A DNA stretch of 64,000 nucleotides, from contig NZ_CBFHPP010000002.1 in the NCBI RefSeq assembly GCF_965657785.1, positions 117,974 through 181,973 on the forward strand, given 5' to 3'. A program made the position numbers and the translations under genes. Position 1 is the first letter of the stretch, and the number at the start of each line of letters is the position of its first letter. Under the pieces are notes generated by a model. That model was not told where the DNA came from. It made no database searches and was given only the letters and a program-made list of their open reading frames with translations. Source of the stretch: Lentibacter sp. (lineage in GTDB: Bacteria; Pseudomonadota; Alphaproteobacteria; Rhodobacterales; Rhodobacteraceae). Of this stretch, positions 27,509-36,979 are shown one piece after another.

Positions 27509-30304
27509 TTAATGCGCCTCGGCCCAGTTCGCGCCTTGGCCCGCGTCGACAATCAGCTTCACATCAATCTTCACGGCGGGCTCCGCTGCGCCTTCCATAA
27601 TCTCGCGGGCCACAGCGATGGTCTGCTCGACGGCCTCGGTTTCAACTTCAAACAAAAGTTCGTCGTGCACCTGCAAAAGCATCTTCGCAGGCAAGTCTGC
27701 AATCGCCTCTGGCATACGGATCATGGCGCGGCGGATGATGTCGGCGGCTGTGCCTTGGATGGGCGCGTTGATGGCCGCGCGCTTGGCAAAGCCCGCGCGG
27801 GGGCCTTTGGCGGCAATCTCGGGTGTGTGGATTTTGCGGCCAAAAAGCGTCTCTACATAACCGTGACTTTTGGCAAATTCGGTCGTTGCGTCCATATAGG
27901 CGCGGATGCCGGGGAAGCGCTCGAAGTAGCGGTCGATGAAGCCCTGCGCTTCGCCACGCGGGATGCGCAGATTGCGTGCGAGGCCAAAGCCCGAGATGCC
28001 ATAGATCACTCCGAAGTTGATCGCTTTGGCGCGGCGGCGGATGTCGGGGGTCATCTCGTCGAGCGGCACATCAAAGATTTCCGAGGCGGTCATGGCGTGA
28101 ATATCGTGGCCGTCGCGGAAGGCCTGCTTCAGCGTGTCTATGCCTGCGATATGCGCGAGGATGCGCAGTTCGATTTGTGAATAATCAAGCGCGATGAGCG
28201 TTTTGCCTTCTTCGGCGATAAAGGCCTCTCTGATGCGGCGGCCTTCCTCGCTGCGGATGGGAATATTCTGCAAGTTTGGATCAGAGGAGGCGAGGCGGCC
28301 CGTGGTGGCGCCTGTCTGCAGATAGGAGGTATGGACGCGGCCTGTTTCGGGGTTGATATGGTCTTGGAGCGCGTCGGTGTAGGTGCTTTTCAGCTTTGAG
28401 AGCTGGCGCCAGTCAAGCACGCGGGCGGGGAGCTCGTGTTCTGTCGCCAGCTCCTCCAAGATATCGGCGCCCGTGGCGTAGGCCCCTGTTTTGCCCTTTT
28501 TGCCGCCCTCGATGCCCATTTCGTCAAACAGGATTTCGCCGAGCTGCTTTGGGCTGCCGACATTGAAGCTGCGCCCTGCTAATTCGTGGATTTCAGACTC
28601 TAATCCAGCCATTTTTTGCGCAAAAGCGTTGGACATACGGCTGAGCGTGTCACGATCCACCTTGATGCCGTGCATCTCCATCTCCGCGAGCACAGGCACG
28701 AGCGGGCGCTCGAGGCGTTCGTATACGGAGGTGACTTTGGCTGCGTGCAGCTGTGGCTTGAAGATCTGCCAGAGACGCAGGGTGATATCGGCGTCTTCGG
28801 AGGCGTATTTCACCGCGTCTTCGATCCCGACACGGTCAAATGTGATCGCGGATTTGCCGCCGCCGAGGAGCGATTTGATGGGGATCGGTGTGTGGCCCAA
28901 GTAGCGCTCTGAGAGAGCGTCCATGCCGTGGTTGTGCTCGCCTGCGTGAAGCGCGTAGGACATGAGCATGGTGTCATCTATCGGGGCGATTGTGACACCG
29001 TAGCGCTTGAGCATTTTGGCGTCATATTTCATGTTCTGCCCGATCTTTATGACCGAGGGGTCTTCGAGCAATGGCTTGAGCAGGGACAGGCACTGTTCCA
29101 GCCCGATTTGGCCTTTTGTCAGCTCATCAGAGCCAAAGAGCTGGCCTTCTTCGCCGTCTTTATGGGCGAGCGGAATATAGCAGGCATGGCCCGCCTCAAC
29201 GCAGAGCGAGATGCCGACAAGATCGGCGCGCATTTCGTCAAGCCCCGTGGTTTCGGTATCTACGGCGACGTAGCCGCGGGCTTTTGCGAGGGCGATCCAA
29301 GCGGCCAGGTCTTCGGCTGTGCTGACCTTTTCATAGGTGGCTTCGCCAAAATCGGGGGCCTCGGGCGTGCCGGCGGGGGCGCTTGGCGCGTCGGGCTCGA
29401 CGATCTCTGGCGCTTCTGCGCCGAGCTGGTCGGCGATGCGCTTGCTGAGCGTGCGAAACTCCATTTCGGCGAGGAAACCGAGGAGCCTGTCTGGGTCTGG
29501 CTCTTTGACTTCAAGATCATCAAGGCCGAAGTCGAGCGGCGTTTCGCAATCAAGCTGCACGAGGCGCTTGGACAGCTCGATCTGGGCGCGGTGCTCGATC
29601 AGGGTTTCGCGGCGCTTGGGCTGTTTGATTTCGCCTGCGCGGTCGAGAAGCTCTTCGAGGGTTCCGTATTCATTGATCAGAAGCGCGGCTGTTTTAATCC
29701 CGATCCCCGGCGCGCCGGGGACGTTATCGACAGAGTCGCCTGCGAGCGCCTGAACATCGACAACGCGCTCGGGGAAGACGCCGAATTTTTCGTGCACGCC
29801 GTCGCGGTCGATCCGGCGGTTTTTCATGGCGTCGAGCATTTCGACGCCGCCGCCGACAAGCTGCATCAGGTCTTTATCCGAGGAGATAATGGTCACGCGG
29901 CCGCCAGCCTCGCGGGCTTGGACGGCCAGTGTCGCGATCATGTCGTCGGCTTCATAGCCCTCCAGCTCCTTGCAGGCGATGTTGAAGGCCTCGGTGGCGC
30001 GGCGGGTGAGCGGCATTTGCGGGCGCAAATCTTCGGGCATGGCGTCGCGATTGGCTTTGTAGAGGTCATACATATCGTTGCGGAAGGTATGGGAGCCTTT
30101 GTCAAAGATCACGGCGACATGAGTGGGCGCGTCGGGGCCTGTGTTGCCTTCGACGTAGCGGTGCAACATATTGCAAAACCCCGCGACCGCGCCGATGGGT
30201 AGGCCATCAGACTTGCGCGTGAGCGGCGGCAGCGCGTGATAGGCGCGAAAGATGAAGGCAGAGCCGTCGATCAGATGAAGGTGGCAGCCTTTGCCGAATG
30301 TCAT
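27509..30304 (-). CDS. polA: DNA polymerase I
   Basis: The 5'-nuclease N-terminus LHLIDGSAFIFRAYHAL, motif A DYSQIELRILAH and motif C QVHDELLFE are present. I prefer ATG 30304 (MTFGKG) over the track start 30391. Confidence 0.97.
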   Translation of the reverse strand: MTFGKGCHLHLIDGSAFIFRAYHALPPLTRKSDGLPIGAVAGFCNMLHRYVEGNTGPDAPTHVAVIFDKGSHTFRNDMYDLYKANRDAMPEDLRPQMPLTRRATEAFNIACKELEGYEADDMIATLAVQAREAGGRVTIISSDKDLMQLVGGGVEMLDAMKNRRIDRDGVHEKFGVFPERVVDVQALAGDSVDNVPGAPGIGIKTAALLINEYGTLEELLDRAGEIKQPKRRETLIEHRAQIELSKRLVQLDCETPLDFGLDDLEVKEPDPDRLLGFLAEMEFRTLSKRIADQLGAEAPEIVEPDAPSAPAGTPEAPDFGEATYEKVSTAEDLAAWIALAKARGYVAVDTETTGLDEMRADLVGISLCVEAGHACYIPLAHKDGEEGQLFGSDELTKGQIGLEQCLSLLKPLLEDPSVIKIGQNMKYDAKMLKRYGVTIAPIDDTMLMSYALHAGEHNHGMDALSERYLGHTPIPIKSLLGGGKSAITFDRVGIEDAVKYASEDADITLRLWQIFKPQLHAAKVTSVYERLERPLVPVLAEMEMHGIKVDRDTLSRMSNAFAQKMAGLESEIHELAGRSFNVGSPKQLGEILFDEMGIEGGKKGKTGAYATGADILEELATEHELPARVLDWRQLSKLKSTYTDALQDHINPETGRVHTSYLQTGATTGRLASSDPNLQNIPIRSEEGRRIREAFIAEEGKTLIALDYSQIELRILAHIAGIDTLKQAFRDGHDIHAMTASEIFDVPLDEMTPDIRRRAKAINFGVIYGISGFGLARNLRIPRGEAQGFIDRYFERFPGIRAYMDATTEFAKSHGYVETLFGRKIHTPEIAAKGPRAGFAKRAAINAPIQGTAADIIRRAMIRMPEAIADLPAKMLLQVHDELLFEVETEAVEQTIAVAREIMEGAAEPAVKIDVKLIVDAGQGANWAEAH

Positions 30305-30427
30305 GCGCGTGTCTCCCCTTGGATGCCCTGTAGGTTTGCCACGAAGCGGGCCGCGCTGAAAGGGGGAAGTCTCCGGCTTGGGGCGCGCCATGAAAATTGA
30401 TCATGTCTGTCGCCCTGCTACGCCCTA

Positions 30428-30452
30428 AATCAAAAAGGCCGCCCGTGGGCGA
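30428..30452 (-). terminator. Rho-independent terminator after the zinc-finger gene
   Basis: The reverse strand reads GGTCGCCCACGGGCGGCC, followed by TTTTTGATTT. Confidence 0.6.
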
Positions 30453-30479
30453 CCTGTGTCTTGTGAAAGGCTTTGTGGC

Positions 30480-30653
30480 TCAGACTTTGCCTTCGAAGTC
30501 TTTGTGCACCAGTTTGCAATCACAATAGGGGCATTCGACCCAGCCGTGCTCGCTCGGGATCTGGAGCCAGACGCGTGGATGGCCGCCTTCGCCGCCGTCA
30601 CAGGCCACGCGGTAGCTGTCAACGATTTTGGTTTCTGGAGCTTGGGTTGTCAT
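30480..30653 (-). CDS. zf-CHCC zinc-finger protein (NDUFS6 C-terminal-like)
   Basis: The 57-aa ORF is below the track cutoff. Hand translation gives [57 protein letters not shown]. The HPRV...CPYC pattern is characteristic. Confidence 0.75.
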   Translation of the reverse strand: MTTQAPETKIVDSYRVACDGGEGGHPRVWLQIPSEHGWVECPYCDCKLVHKDFEGKV

Positions 30654-30713
30654 ATTGTTTTGTCCTTACCGCGCGTGATGTTGGAGGTAGTATAAGGCGG
30701 GCGTGCGGCCTGA

Positions 30714-32291
30714 TCAATCGGCAAAGAGATAGTCGATATTGGCGATTTCATAGGATTTTTCGGGGGTGACAGCGAGGAATTGTGCCAATGCGGCGGCGTT
30801 GGCCTCTATTGTCTCGGTTTCGCGGAGGCGGAAGTGGCCATCAAAACTGGCGTCGCGCAGCTCGTCACTTTCATGGATCATATCCGCGCGGATTGTGGGA
30901 AGGAGGCGCTCCAGCGTTTCTTTGGGGGTTTTCTCGCCGGCAAGGCCAACGCGTTTTGCATGGCCTGTGAGATAGTCGTCAGAGAAGCGGCACTCGATTT
31001 CGAGCAAGCGGGTTTTGGCGCGGTCGGCGCAGAAGTCTTGCAGAAGGTCGAGGTTGCTTGGGTCAATACAGACGACGAGCTGGTCGGTGTCATAATAATC
31101 AAATAACATTCGAACGAGGGCGCGGCGGTGGCGGTGGCGTTTGTCCATTGTGGACTGGATGCCGCCGAGATCGGGGAGGTCTGTGGCCTCTTCGTTGAAG
31201 AGATATTCGATGCAGGGCACATTGGTCATCTTGCGGATACGCTCGACAAGGCGTTTGGCGACGTGCCACTTTTTGCAGACGATAATGAGCATTTCGCGTT
31301 CGCGGCCAAGGGAGCCTTCGTTCTCCCAAAAGCGCAGACCGAAGCGGCGGCCAATACGGCCCCGACCCGCAAGAAACTTGAAGAGCGACGCGCCTTCATT
31401 GGAAATTTTGAAATCCCAGCCGCGGGTTGCGTAGAGGAGGCCGAGGCGGCGCTTGAGCTCTTTGGCTTCGGGGCTGATCTTGCGGGCGAAGATATAGTCC
31501 TGGCTGAGCAACAGATCGTAGTGGTCATTGTAAAACGTCACCGGCAAGCCATAGTCGGTGAACATAAGGAAGGTGAGTGTGCGGGTCTGGATCTCGTGTT
31601 CGGGGACGAGGTGGCGCACGAGTGTTTGGAAAAACGTCTCGTCGGGGATCCATGTGGTTTTGAAAAAGCGCATCACGTCGCGGCGTTTTTTGGTAAAGTC
31701 GATGATCCATTCGACCGTGCGGCGGCGCAGACACCACCACTGGCTGCCGATCTGGATCTGGAGATCGTCGGGGATTTTGCGGGTGAGGCCGAGCTTTTGC
31801 TGAAGATGGAAGGCGGCGTAGAAAAGGCGCTTTTGGGTGCGCTCGTTGAAGAAATGGCGATAGATGAGCCGTTCTTCTTTCATGCCGGTTTTGATCCAGT
31901 CGCTTTCGAAATAATCGAAGCTCTCGACATAGTCGACATCGGCACGGTCAAGAAACTCATGGGCGTATTCGGCGGATTTGATGGCCATGCAATCGCCCGA
32001 GAGCATATAAAAATGTGTGGCACGGGGGAAAGCATCGACCGCTGCTTCGACGGCAAGGAGCGTGGCTTGCACCAAAGACCACTCGCCCCAGCCGCATTTG
32101 ATCCGCTTTTTGGCGAAAGTCACATTCGGGTTGCCTTCAAGCGCGTCTTTTATTGCGGTGAAATGGTCCGGATTGGCGCGGGCATCAAAGTGGATCGACA
32201 TATAGTCGCCCACAGCGGTGAGGCGTTCGGCCTGCTTGATGATGGCCTCTGGGTCTTTATGGCAAAGAAGGATGAAAGCTATTTTTGCCAT
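30714..32291 (-). CDS. Two-domain protein: N-terminal GT14 (core-2/I-branching, xylosyltransferase-like) glycosyltransferase plus a C-terminal domain of unknown function (DUF5928-like)
   Basis: The 525-aa ORF begins MAKIAFILLCHKDPEAIIKQ. It contains HFYMLSGDCMAIKS, GSQWWCLRR and IPDETFFQTL, which match Branch/GT14 hallmarks. The roughly 250-aa C-terminal half has no motif I recognise. Confidence 0.6.
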   Translation of the reverse strand: MAKIAFILLCHKDPEAIIKQAERLTAVGDYMSIHFDARANPDHFTAIKDALEGNPNVTFAKKRIKCGWGEWSLVQATLLAVEAAVDAFPRATHFYMLSGDCMAIKSAEYAHEFLDRADVDYVESFDYFESDWIKTGMKEERLIYRHFFNERTQKRLFYAAFHLQQKLGLTRKIPDDLQIQIGSQWWCLRRRTVEWIIDFTKKRRDVMRFFKTTWIPDETFFQTLVRHLVPEHEIQTRTLTFLMFTDYGLPVTFYNDHYDLLLSQDYIFARKISPEAKELKRRLGLLYATRGWDFKISNEGASLFKFLAGRGRIGRRFGLRFWENEGSLGREREMLIIVCKKWHVAKRLVERIRKMTNVPCIEYLFNEEATDLPDLGGIQSTMDKRHRHRRALVRMLFDYYDTDQLVVCIDPSNLDLLQDFCADRAKTRLLEIECRFSDDYLTGHAKRVGLAGEKTPKETLERLLPTIRADMIHESDELRDASFDGHFRLRETETIEANAAALAQFLAVTPEKSYEIANIDYLFAD

Positions 32292-32430
32292 ATTCGAAAC
32301 ATTTACCCCTAGTTAGACACACTGTTTACTTGATAAAGGTGAAGTGCAGTTGAATAAACACGAAATCTTTGCTTTTTTGCGATTAAAAATAACGAGTACC
32401 GCTGCGTAAGGCAGCTTTAGGAGGCAAAAT

Positions 32431-33249
32431 ATGGGTTTTCCCGGAACGTGGATGACTGAAAGTGAGAGCGTGGTTTATCGCGTGGTGCCAAAATGCGCTT
32501 GCTCCACAATTGGCCAAATCATGTATTATTCTGATCATGGCGCGTTTTTTGACGGCGATATCCATGATGCGACAGACGGTTTGCACAAATGGGCGCGCGA
32601 AGAGAGCCAGGGGCTGATCAACGCCAATGTGAAGACGCATAATTCATATGCTTTTACCTGCGTGAGAAATCCTTACACGCGAATTCTCTCCAGCTTTTTT
32701 GACAAAATTTGCGGAATTCAGCGCAATGGCCGCCGCTATCGGGGCAATCTTGTGCCGCTTCTGATCCAGAAATACGGGATCGAAGTCGGCGGCGACGATG
32801 GCAAGGAAGAGTTTGACCAGATCAAGAGCTTCCGCCGCTTTCTTCTGTTTGCGCGTGATACCATCCGCTGGCGGCGTCCGATGGATCCTGACATTCACTG
32901 GAGCGCGATGTCGGGCCATGTCGGCACTTTTGTCGCCAATGGCGGGCGCTATGACAATATTTTCTGGACCGAACAGTTTAACGACGGGATGCAAGGCGTG
33001 CTGGATGCAATCGAGACGCCTCATAAGGTCAACCTCAAGAAAATCCCGCGGTTTAACGAAAGCGAAGGCCATGGGCCAAAGCGCTTGCACAATGTTGAAG
33101 ACTATTTCGACGATCTGTCGATGCATTTGGTCTACGAAATTTTTAAGCGCGACTTCGAGCTGTTTAAGTATGATTTCAACGATCCGTCTAACAAGATGCC
33201 GATTGGCGAGATTGATCTTGATGAGGTTCATGCCAAACTTGGCGACTGA
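32431..33249 (+). CDS. Sulfotransferase family 2 (carbohydrate sulfotransferase-like) protein
   Basis: The 5'-PSB-like motif VVPKCACSTIGQIM and the 3'-PB-like motif FTCVRNPYTRILSSF are present. An AGGAGG RBS precedes the ATG. G+C is visibly lower (23/60 in 32641-32700). Confidence 0.65.
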   Translation: MGFPGTWMTESESVVYRVVPKCACSTIGQIMYYSDHGAFFDGDIHDATDGLHKWAREESQGLINANVKTHNSYAFTCVRNPYTRILSSFFDKICGIQRNGRRYRGNLVPLLIQKYGIEVGGDDGKEEFDQIKSFRRFLLFARDTIRWRRPMDPDIHWSAMSGHVGTFVANGGRYDNIFWTEQFNDGMQGVLDAIETPHKVNLKKIPRFNESEGHGPKRLHNVEDYFDDLSMHLVYEIFKRDFELFKYDFNDPSNKMPIGEIDLDEVHAKLGD

Positions 33250-33319
33250 GCTTTCACTTTAGGGCTTTTCAAATCAGTGGCCTCTGTCACTCTCTCGCTG
33301 AAAAGCGGGGGAGTTTTTT

Positions 33320-34672
33320 ATGACGCAGACGATGCACGGGTTTGCCACGGGGCTGATGTATGAAGATGTGCCAGAGGCGATGCGCGCTTTGCTGCGCGTG
33401 AGCTTTGCCGACACGATGGGCGTGGCCGCGATTGGCGCGACAACGGATATGGCGGAGGCGGCGCGTAAGAGCACTATGCGTTTGTTCGGGGCAGGTAGCG
33501 CCGGGGCGGCGCGGATGCTAATGGATGGGCGGGCTGTTAGCCCTGTCGGTGCGGCTATGGCGGGCGGATTTACCGTTGATAGTGTCGATGCTCACGACGG
33601 GACCACGCCGAACAAGGGCCATGTGGGCAGCGCTGTTTTCCCCGCTTTGCTGGCAGTGGCTGATGCGATGCGCGCTGAGGGGCGGGCTGTGACGGGGGCA
33701 GACTTTCTGCTTTGGCTGGCGATCGGCTATGAGGTCAGCAGTCGCGCGGGCAAGGCGCAGCACGCCACCTGCCCTGATTATCACACCTCGGGAAGCTGGA
33801 CGGCTGTGGGCGTGGCTGTGGCCGTGGCGCGGATGCTTGGGCTTGACGGCGAAGGCGTGCGCCATGCGGCGGGGATTGGCGAATATCACGGGCCGCGCAG
33901 CCAGATGATGCGCTGTATCGACTTTCCGACCATGCTGCGCGACGGCGTCGGCTGGGGCGCGCCAAGTGGTGTGACGGCGGCTTACCTCGCGCAGGACGGC
34001 TTTACGGGCGCGCCTGCGCTCACCTGCGAAAGCGAGGAGGCGACAGAGTTTTGGGCTGGATTAGGCTCTGATTGGATGACGCTGGCGGACACGCATTACA
34101 AGAAGTTTCCCTGTTGTCGCTGGGCGCACCCGTCAATGGATGCGGCGCAGGCTTTGATGGAAGAGAACGGTTTGCATCATAGCGATGTGGCGCGGGTTGA
34201 AATTCGCACGTTTCATTATGCCACGCGGCTGGCGGGGCACAGGCCTGCGAGTATGGACGAGCTTGCCTATTCGATCGCCTTTCCTGTTGCGACGATGATT
34301 GTGCGGGGTGGCTTTGGCGCGGCCGAGATGGACGCTTCTGTGCTGGAGGACAAAGACATCATCCGCGTGAGCGAGGCGACAGAGCTTATTGACGACGACG
34401 AGATGACAGCACGCTCTGTGGAGAAGCGCTGGGCGGCTGTGACGATCATCACAAAGGATGGCGTGCGCTATGAGGCGGAGCCGCGCTCGGCGCGGGGCGA
34501 TGTGGACGCGCCTTTGACGGAGCAGGAGATGCACGACAAGTATCATATGTTTGCCGACCCCGTTCTGGGCCGTGCAAAGGCGGAGGAGATCAGGGCGCTG
34601 TGCCTGCGGTTTGATGACTTGGACAGCGGAGAATTTGCGGGGCTGCTCGACCTCTTGCTTGCAGCCCCGTAA
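33320..34672 (+). CDS. MmgE/PrpD family protein
   Basis: The 450-aa ORF has a PrpD-like N-terminal helical region and a KKFPCCRWAHPS block. Confidence 0.75.
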   Translation: MTQTMHGFATGLMYEDVPEAMRALLRVSFADTMGVAAIGATTDMAEAARKSTMRLFGAGSAGAARMLMDGRAVSPVGAAMAGGFTVDSVDAHDGTTPNKGHVGSAVFPALLAVADAMRAEGRAVTGADFLLWLAIGYEVSSRAGKAQHATCPDYHTSGSWTAVGVAVAVARMLGLDGEGVRHAAGIGEYHGPRSQMMRCIDFPTMLRDGVGWGAPSGVTAAYLAQDGFTGAPALTCESEEATEFWAGLGSDWMTLADTHYKKFPCCRWAHPSMDAAQALMEENGLHHSDVARVEIRTFHYATRLAGHRPASMDELAYSIAFPVATMIVRGGFGAAEMDASVLEDKDIIRVSEATELIDDDEMTARSVEKRWAAVTIITKDGVRYEAEPRSARGDVDAPLTEQEMHDKYHMFADPVLGRAKAEEIRALCLRFDDLDSGEFAGLLDLLLAAP

Positions 34673-34675
34673 CTC

Positions 34676-35665
34676 TTAGAGGAGGCCGTTTTTGGCAAAA
34701 AGCGCCTTCATGTCGGCCTCCGGGCGCGGGCCGATGTGGCTGATCACTTCGGCGGCGCAGATATTGCCCATGGTGCCGCAGGTTTCCATATCGCGGCCTG
34801 TGACGAGGCCAAAGAGGAAGCCTGCGGCGAACTGGTCGCCTGCGCCCGTGGCATCAACGGGGACGATCTTTTTCACCGAGATGTCGGTGCGCACGCCCTC
34901 GTGAACGATGCTGACGCCATCACCCGAGCGGGTGCAGACGACGAGCGGGCAGGCGGCAGCGACGCGGGCGAGATCGGCCTCTAGGTCATTGTCCTGATAG
35001 AGCGAGCGGATCTCGGCTTCGTTGCCAATGACGAAGTCCATTTCTTTTTCGATCAGGTTGATGAAATCGGCGCGGTGACGCTCGACACAGAAGGGATCGG
35101 AAATGGCGATACCGGCCTTGCCGCCCGCAGCGCGGCAGGCGCGAGCTGTGCGAATGAAGGCGTCTTTGCCTTTGTCTTTGTCAAAGAGATAGCCCTCAAG
35201 GAACACAACCTCAGCGCCAGCGGCGACGCTTTCATCCACGTCATCAGGGCCAAGTTCGGCCGAGATACCGAGATAGGTGTTCATCGAGCGCTCGCCATCG
35301 GGGGAGACAAAAATCATCGAGCGGGAGGTGGGCAGTTCGCCGCCTGCGACGGGGGCATTTACAAACTCTATGCCTTCGCGGGTCATGGCCTCGGCGTAGA
35401 AGTGGCCCAGCTCGTCGTCGCGCACGCGGCCTATGAAGCCTGTGGCGAGGCCGAGGCTGCCGATCCCTGCGATTGTATTGGCGACAGAGCCGCCTGGTGT
35501 CTGGACACGCTCGCCCATGGCGGAAAAGAGCTGTTCGGAGCGCTCTGTTTCGACCAGCTGCATGATTCCTTTTTCGATCCCCATGTCAGAGAGGAACCCG
35601 TCGGTTGACTGGGTGATGACATCAACAACGGCGTTGCCGATCCCGACGACTTTATACTTTTTCAT
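34676..35665 (-). CDS. PfkB-family carbohydrate/nucleoside kinase (adenosine kinase-like)
   Basis: VVGIGNAVVDV and the anion-hole motif DATGAGDQFAAGFLFG are present. Confidence 0.8.
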   Translation of the reverse strand: MKKYKVVGIGNAVVDVITQSTDGFLSDMGIEKGIMQLVETERSEQLFSAMGERVQTPGGSVANTIAGIGSLGLATGFIGRVRDDELGHFYAEAMTREGIEFVNAPVAGGELPTSRSMIFVSPDGERSMNTYLGISAELGPDDVDESVAAGAEVVFLEGYLFDKDKGKDAFIRTARACRAAGGKAGIAISDPFCVERHRADFINLIEKEMDFVIGNEAEIRSLYQDNDLEADLARVAAACPLVVCTRSGDGVSIVHEGVRTDISVKKIVPVDATGAGDQFAAGFLFGLVTGRDMETCGTMGNICAAEVISHIGPRPEADMKALFAKNGLL

Positions 35666-36312
35666 AGGTTTTTGTCCTCAAATTCACAGAGATCGCGGAT
35701 GATACAGGTGTTGCAAAGCGGCTTGCGCGCTTTGCAGTGATAGCGGCCATGCAGGATGAGCCAGTGATGGGCGTGGAGCTGAAAGTCCGCGGGGATATTG
35801 TCTTCTATGGCGCGTTCGACAGTGTCGACATCTTTGCCAGGGCAGATGCCCGAGCGGTTGCCGACGCGGAAGATATGGGTATCGACGGCCTGCGCGGGCA
35901 TCCGCCACCACATATTGAGCACGACATTGGCCGTCTTGCGGCCCACGCCGGGAAGCGAACACAGAGCGGCGCGGGAATTGGGAACTTCGCCGTCATAGTC
36001 TTCGACCAGAATGCGCGACAGCTTGATGACGTTTTTGGCCTTGTTGCGGAAGAGGCCGATCGTTTTGATATGTTCGATCAGGCCCTCTTCGCCCAAGGCG
36101 AGCATTTTTTCAGGGGTATCGGCGATTTTGAACAGCTCTTTTGTGGCTTTGTTCACGCCCACATCCGTCGCTTGGGCGGAGAGCGCCACAGCGACAACCA
36201 ATGTATAGACATTCACATGATCAAGCTCGCCCACGGGGGCGGGATCGGCCGCGTGAAAGCGGGTGAAAATCTCACGGAGGGTTTGATAGTTGAGTTGTTT
36301 GGCCATGGTCAA
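35662..36312 (-). CDS. nth: Endonuclease III
   Basis: The HhH motif LPGVGRKTANVVLN and the 4Fe-4S cluster CKARKPLCNTCIIRDLC (C-x6-C-x2-C-x5-C) are present. Confidence 0.93.
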   Translation of the reverse strand: MTMAKQLNYQTLREIFTRFHAADPAPVGELDHVNVYTLVVAVALSAQATDVGVNKATKELFKIADTPEKMLALGEEGLIEHIKTIGLFRNKAKNVIKLSRILVEDYDGEVPNSRAALCSLPGVGRKTANVVLNMWWRMPAQAVDTHIFRVGNRSGICPGKDVDTVERAIEDNIPADFQLHAHHWLILHGRYHCKARKPLCNTCIIRDLCEFEDKNL

Positions 36313-36332
36313 AACCTATGCCTGCCTTGGCC

Positions 36333-36375
36333 AAAAAGGGCAAGAGGCCGGCGCGAGGCCAGCCTCTTGCTTTTT
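36333..36375 (-). terminator. Hairpin with flanking T/A runs after the DsrE-like gene (potentially bidirectional)
   Basis: GCAAGAGGC-N13-GCCTCTTGC forms a perfect 9-bp stem. It is flanked by AAAAA upstream and TTTTT downstream. Confidence 0.5.
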
Positions 36376-36376
36376 G

Positions 36377-36811
36377 TTAGAAGGGCCAGACGATTGTGTC
36401 GTCGGCGGACATTGCAGCGGCCATGGCGGGCGGCTTGGCCACGCCAACGCCCTCCATAAGAACAGAGGCATCTGCGCTTTTTCCAGGCAGGTAGATGGCG
36501 CAGACTTCAACAGTTGCGCCTTTTTCCATCGCGGCTTTCAGCAGGCCCTGAGGGCTTGCACCCATTGGTGGCTGTGGAGCGGTGGCGGAGTCGGGAGCCT
36601 CGGCGAGGGCCAGATCACCTGCGGGGCCGCAGAGGAGAATATGCGTTGGGTGGCCCTTGGCCATGGCTTGAGATGTGAGAACCATCGACATCAGCTGTGT
36701 CTGTGGCTCGGCTGTTGTGACGATTGTGACCAGTTTATCCGGGCCGTCGCTGGCCAGAACCGGGGCTGCGAAAGCTGTGGCGACGAGGGCCGCTGCGATC
36801 ATTTTTTTCAT
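36377..36811 (-). CDS. Periplasmic DsrE/DsrF-like family protein
   Basis: A signal peptide (MKKMIAAALVATAFAAPVLA) is followed by a DsrE-like pattern: KLVTIVTT...HILLCGPAGDLAL...GATVEVCAIYL. I prefer ATG 36811 over the track start 36889. Confidence 0.5.
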   Translation of the reverse strand: MKKMIAAALVATAFAAPVLASDGPDKLVTIVTTAEPQTQLMSMVLTSQAMAKGHPTHILLCGPAGDLALAEAPDSATAPQPPMGASPQGLLKAAMEKGATVEVCAIYLPGKSADASVLMEGVGVAKPPAMAAAMSADDTIVWPF

Positions 36812-36979
36812 CGAACTCTCCGATATGTCAATAAGCTGCGCGCTCCGTCGAAAAACATATTCCAAATATACAATATTAAAACGCGCCATTGTGACGCGGC
36901 TCTGAAGAGCGGCGAATTTGCGCAGGAAACGGGTCGCGGGATGCAGCTGTGAGCGCTAAGGTGAGTGCAAGGGAGAGAT

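Noticed and set aside
30395-30406. AATTGATCATGT upstream of polA as a fourth member of the ATTTGATCAA operator set
   Set aside because: It matches only the central TTGATCA core. It lacks the ATTT/AAAT arms and the trailing TTTTGA, and polA has no functional link to the polyamine genes. I treat it as a background occurrence, and it is a caveat on the motif's specificity.
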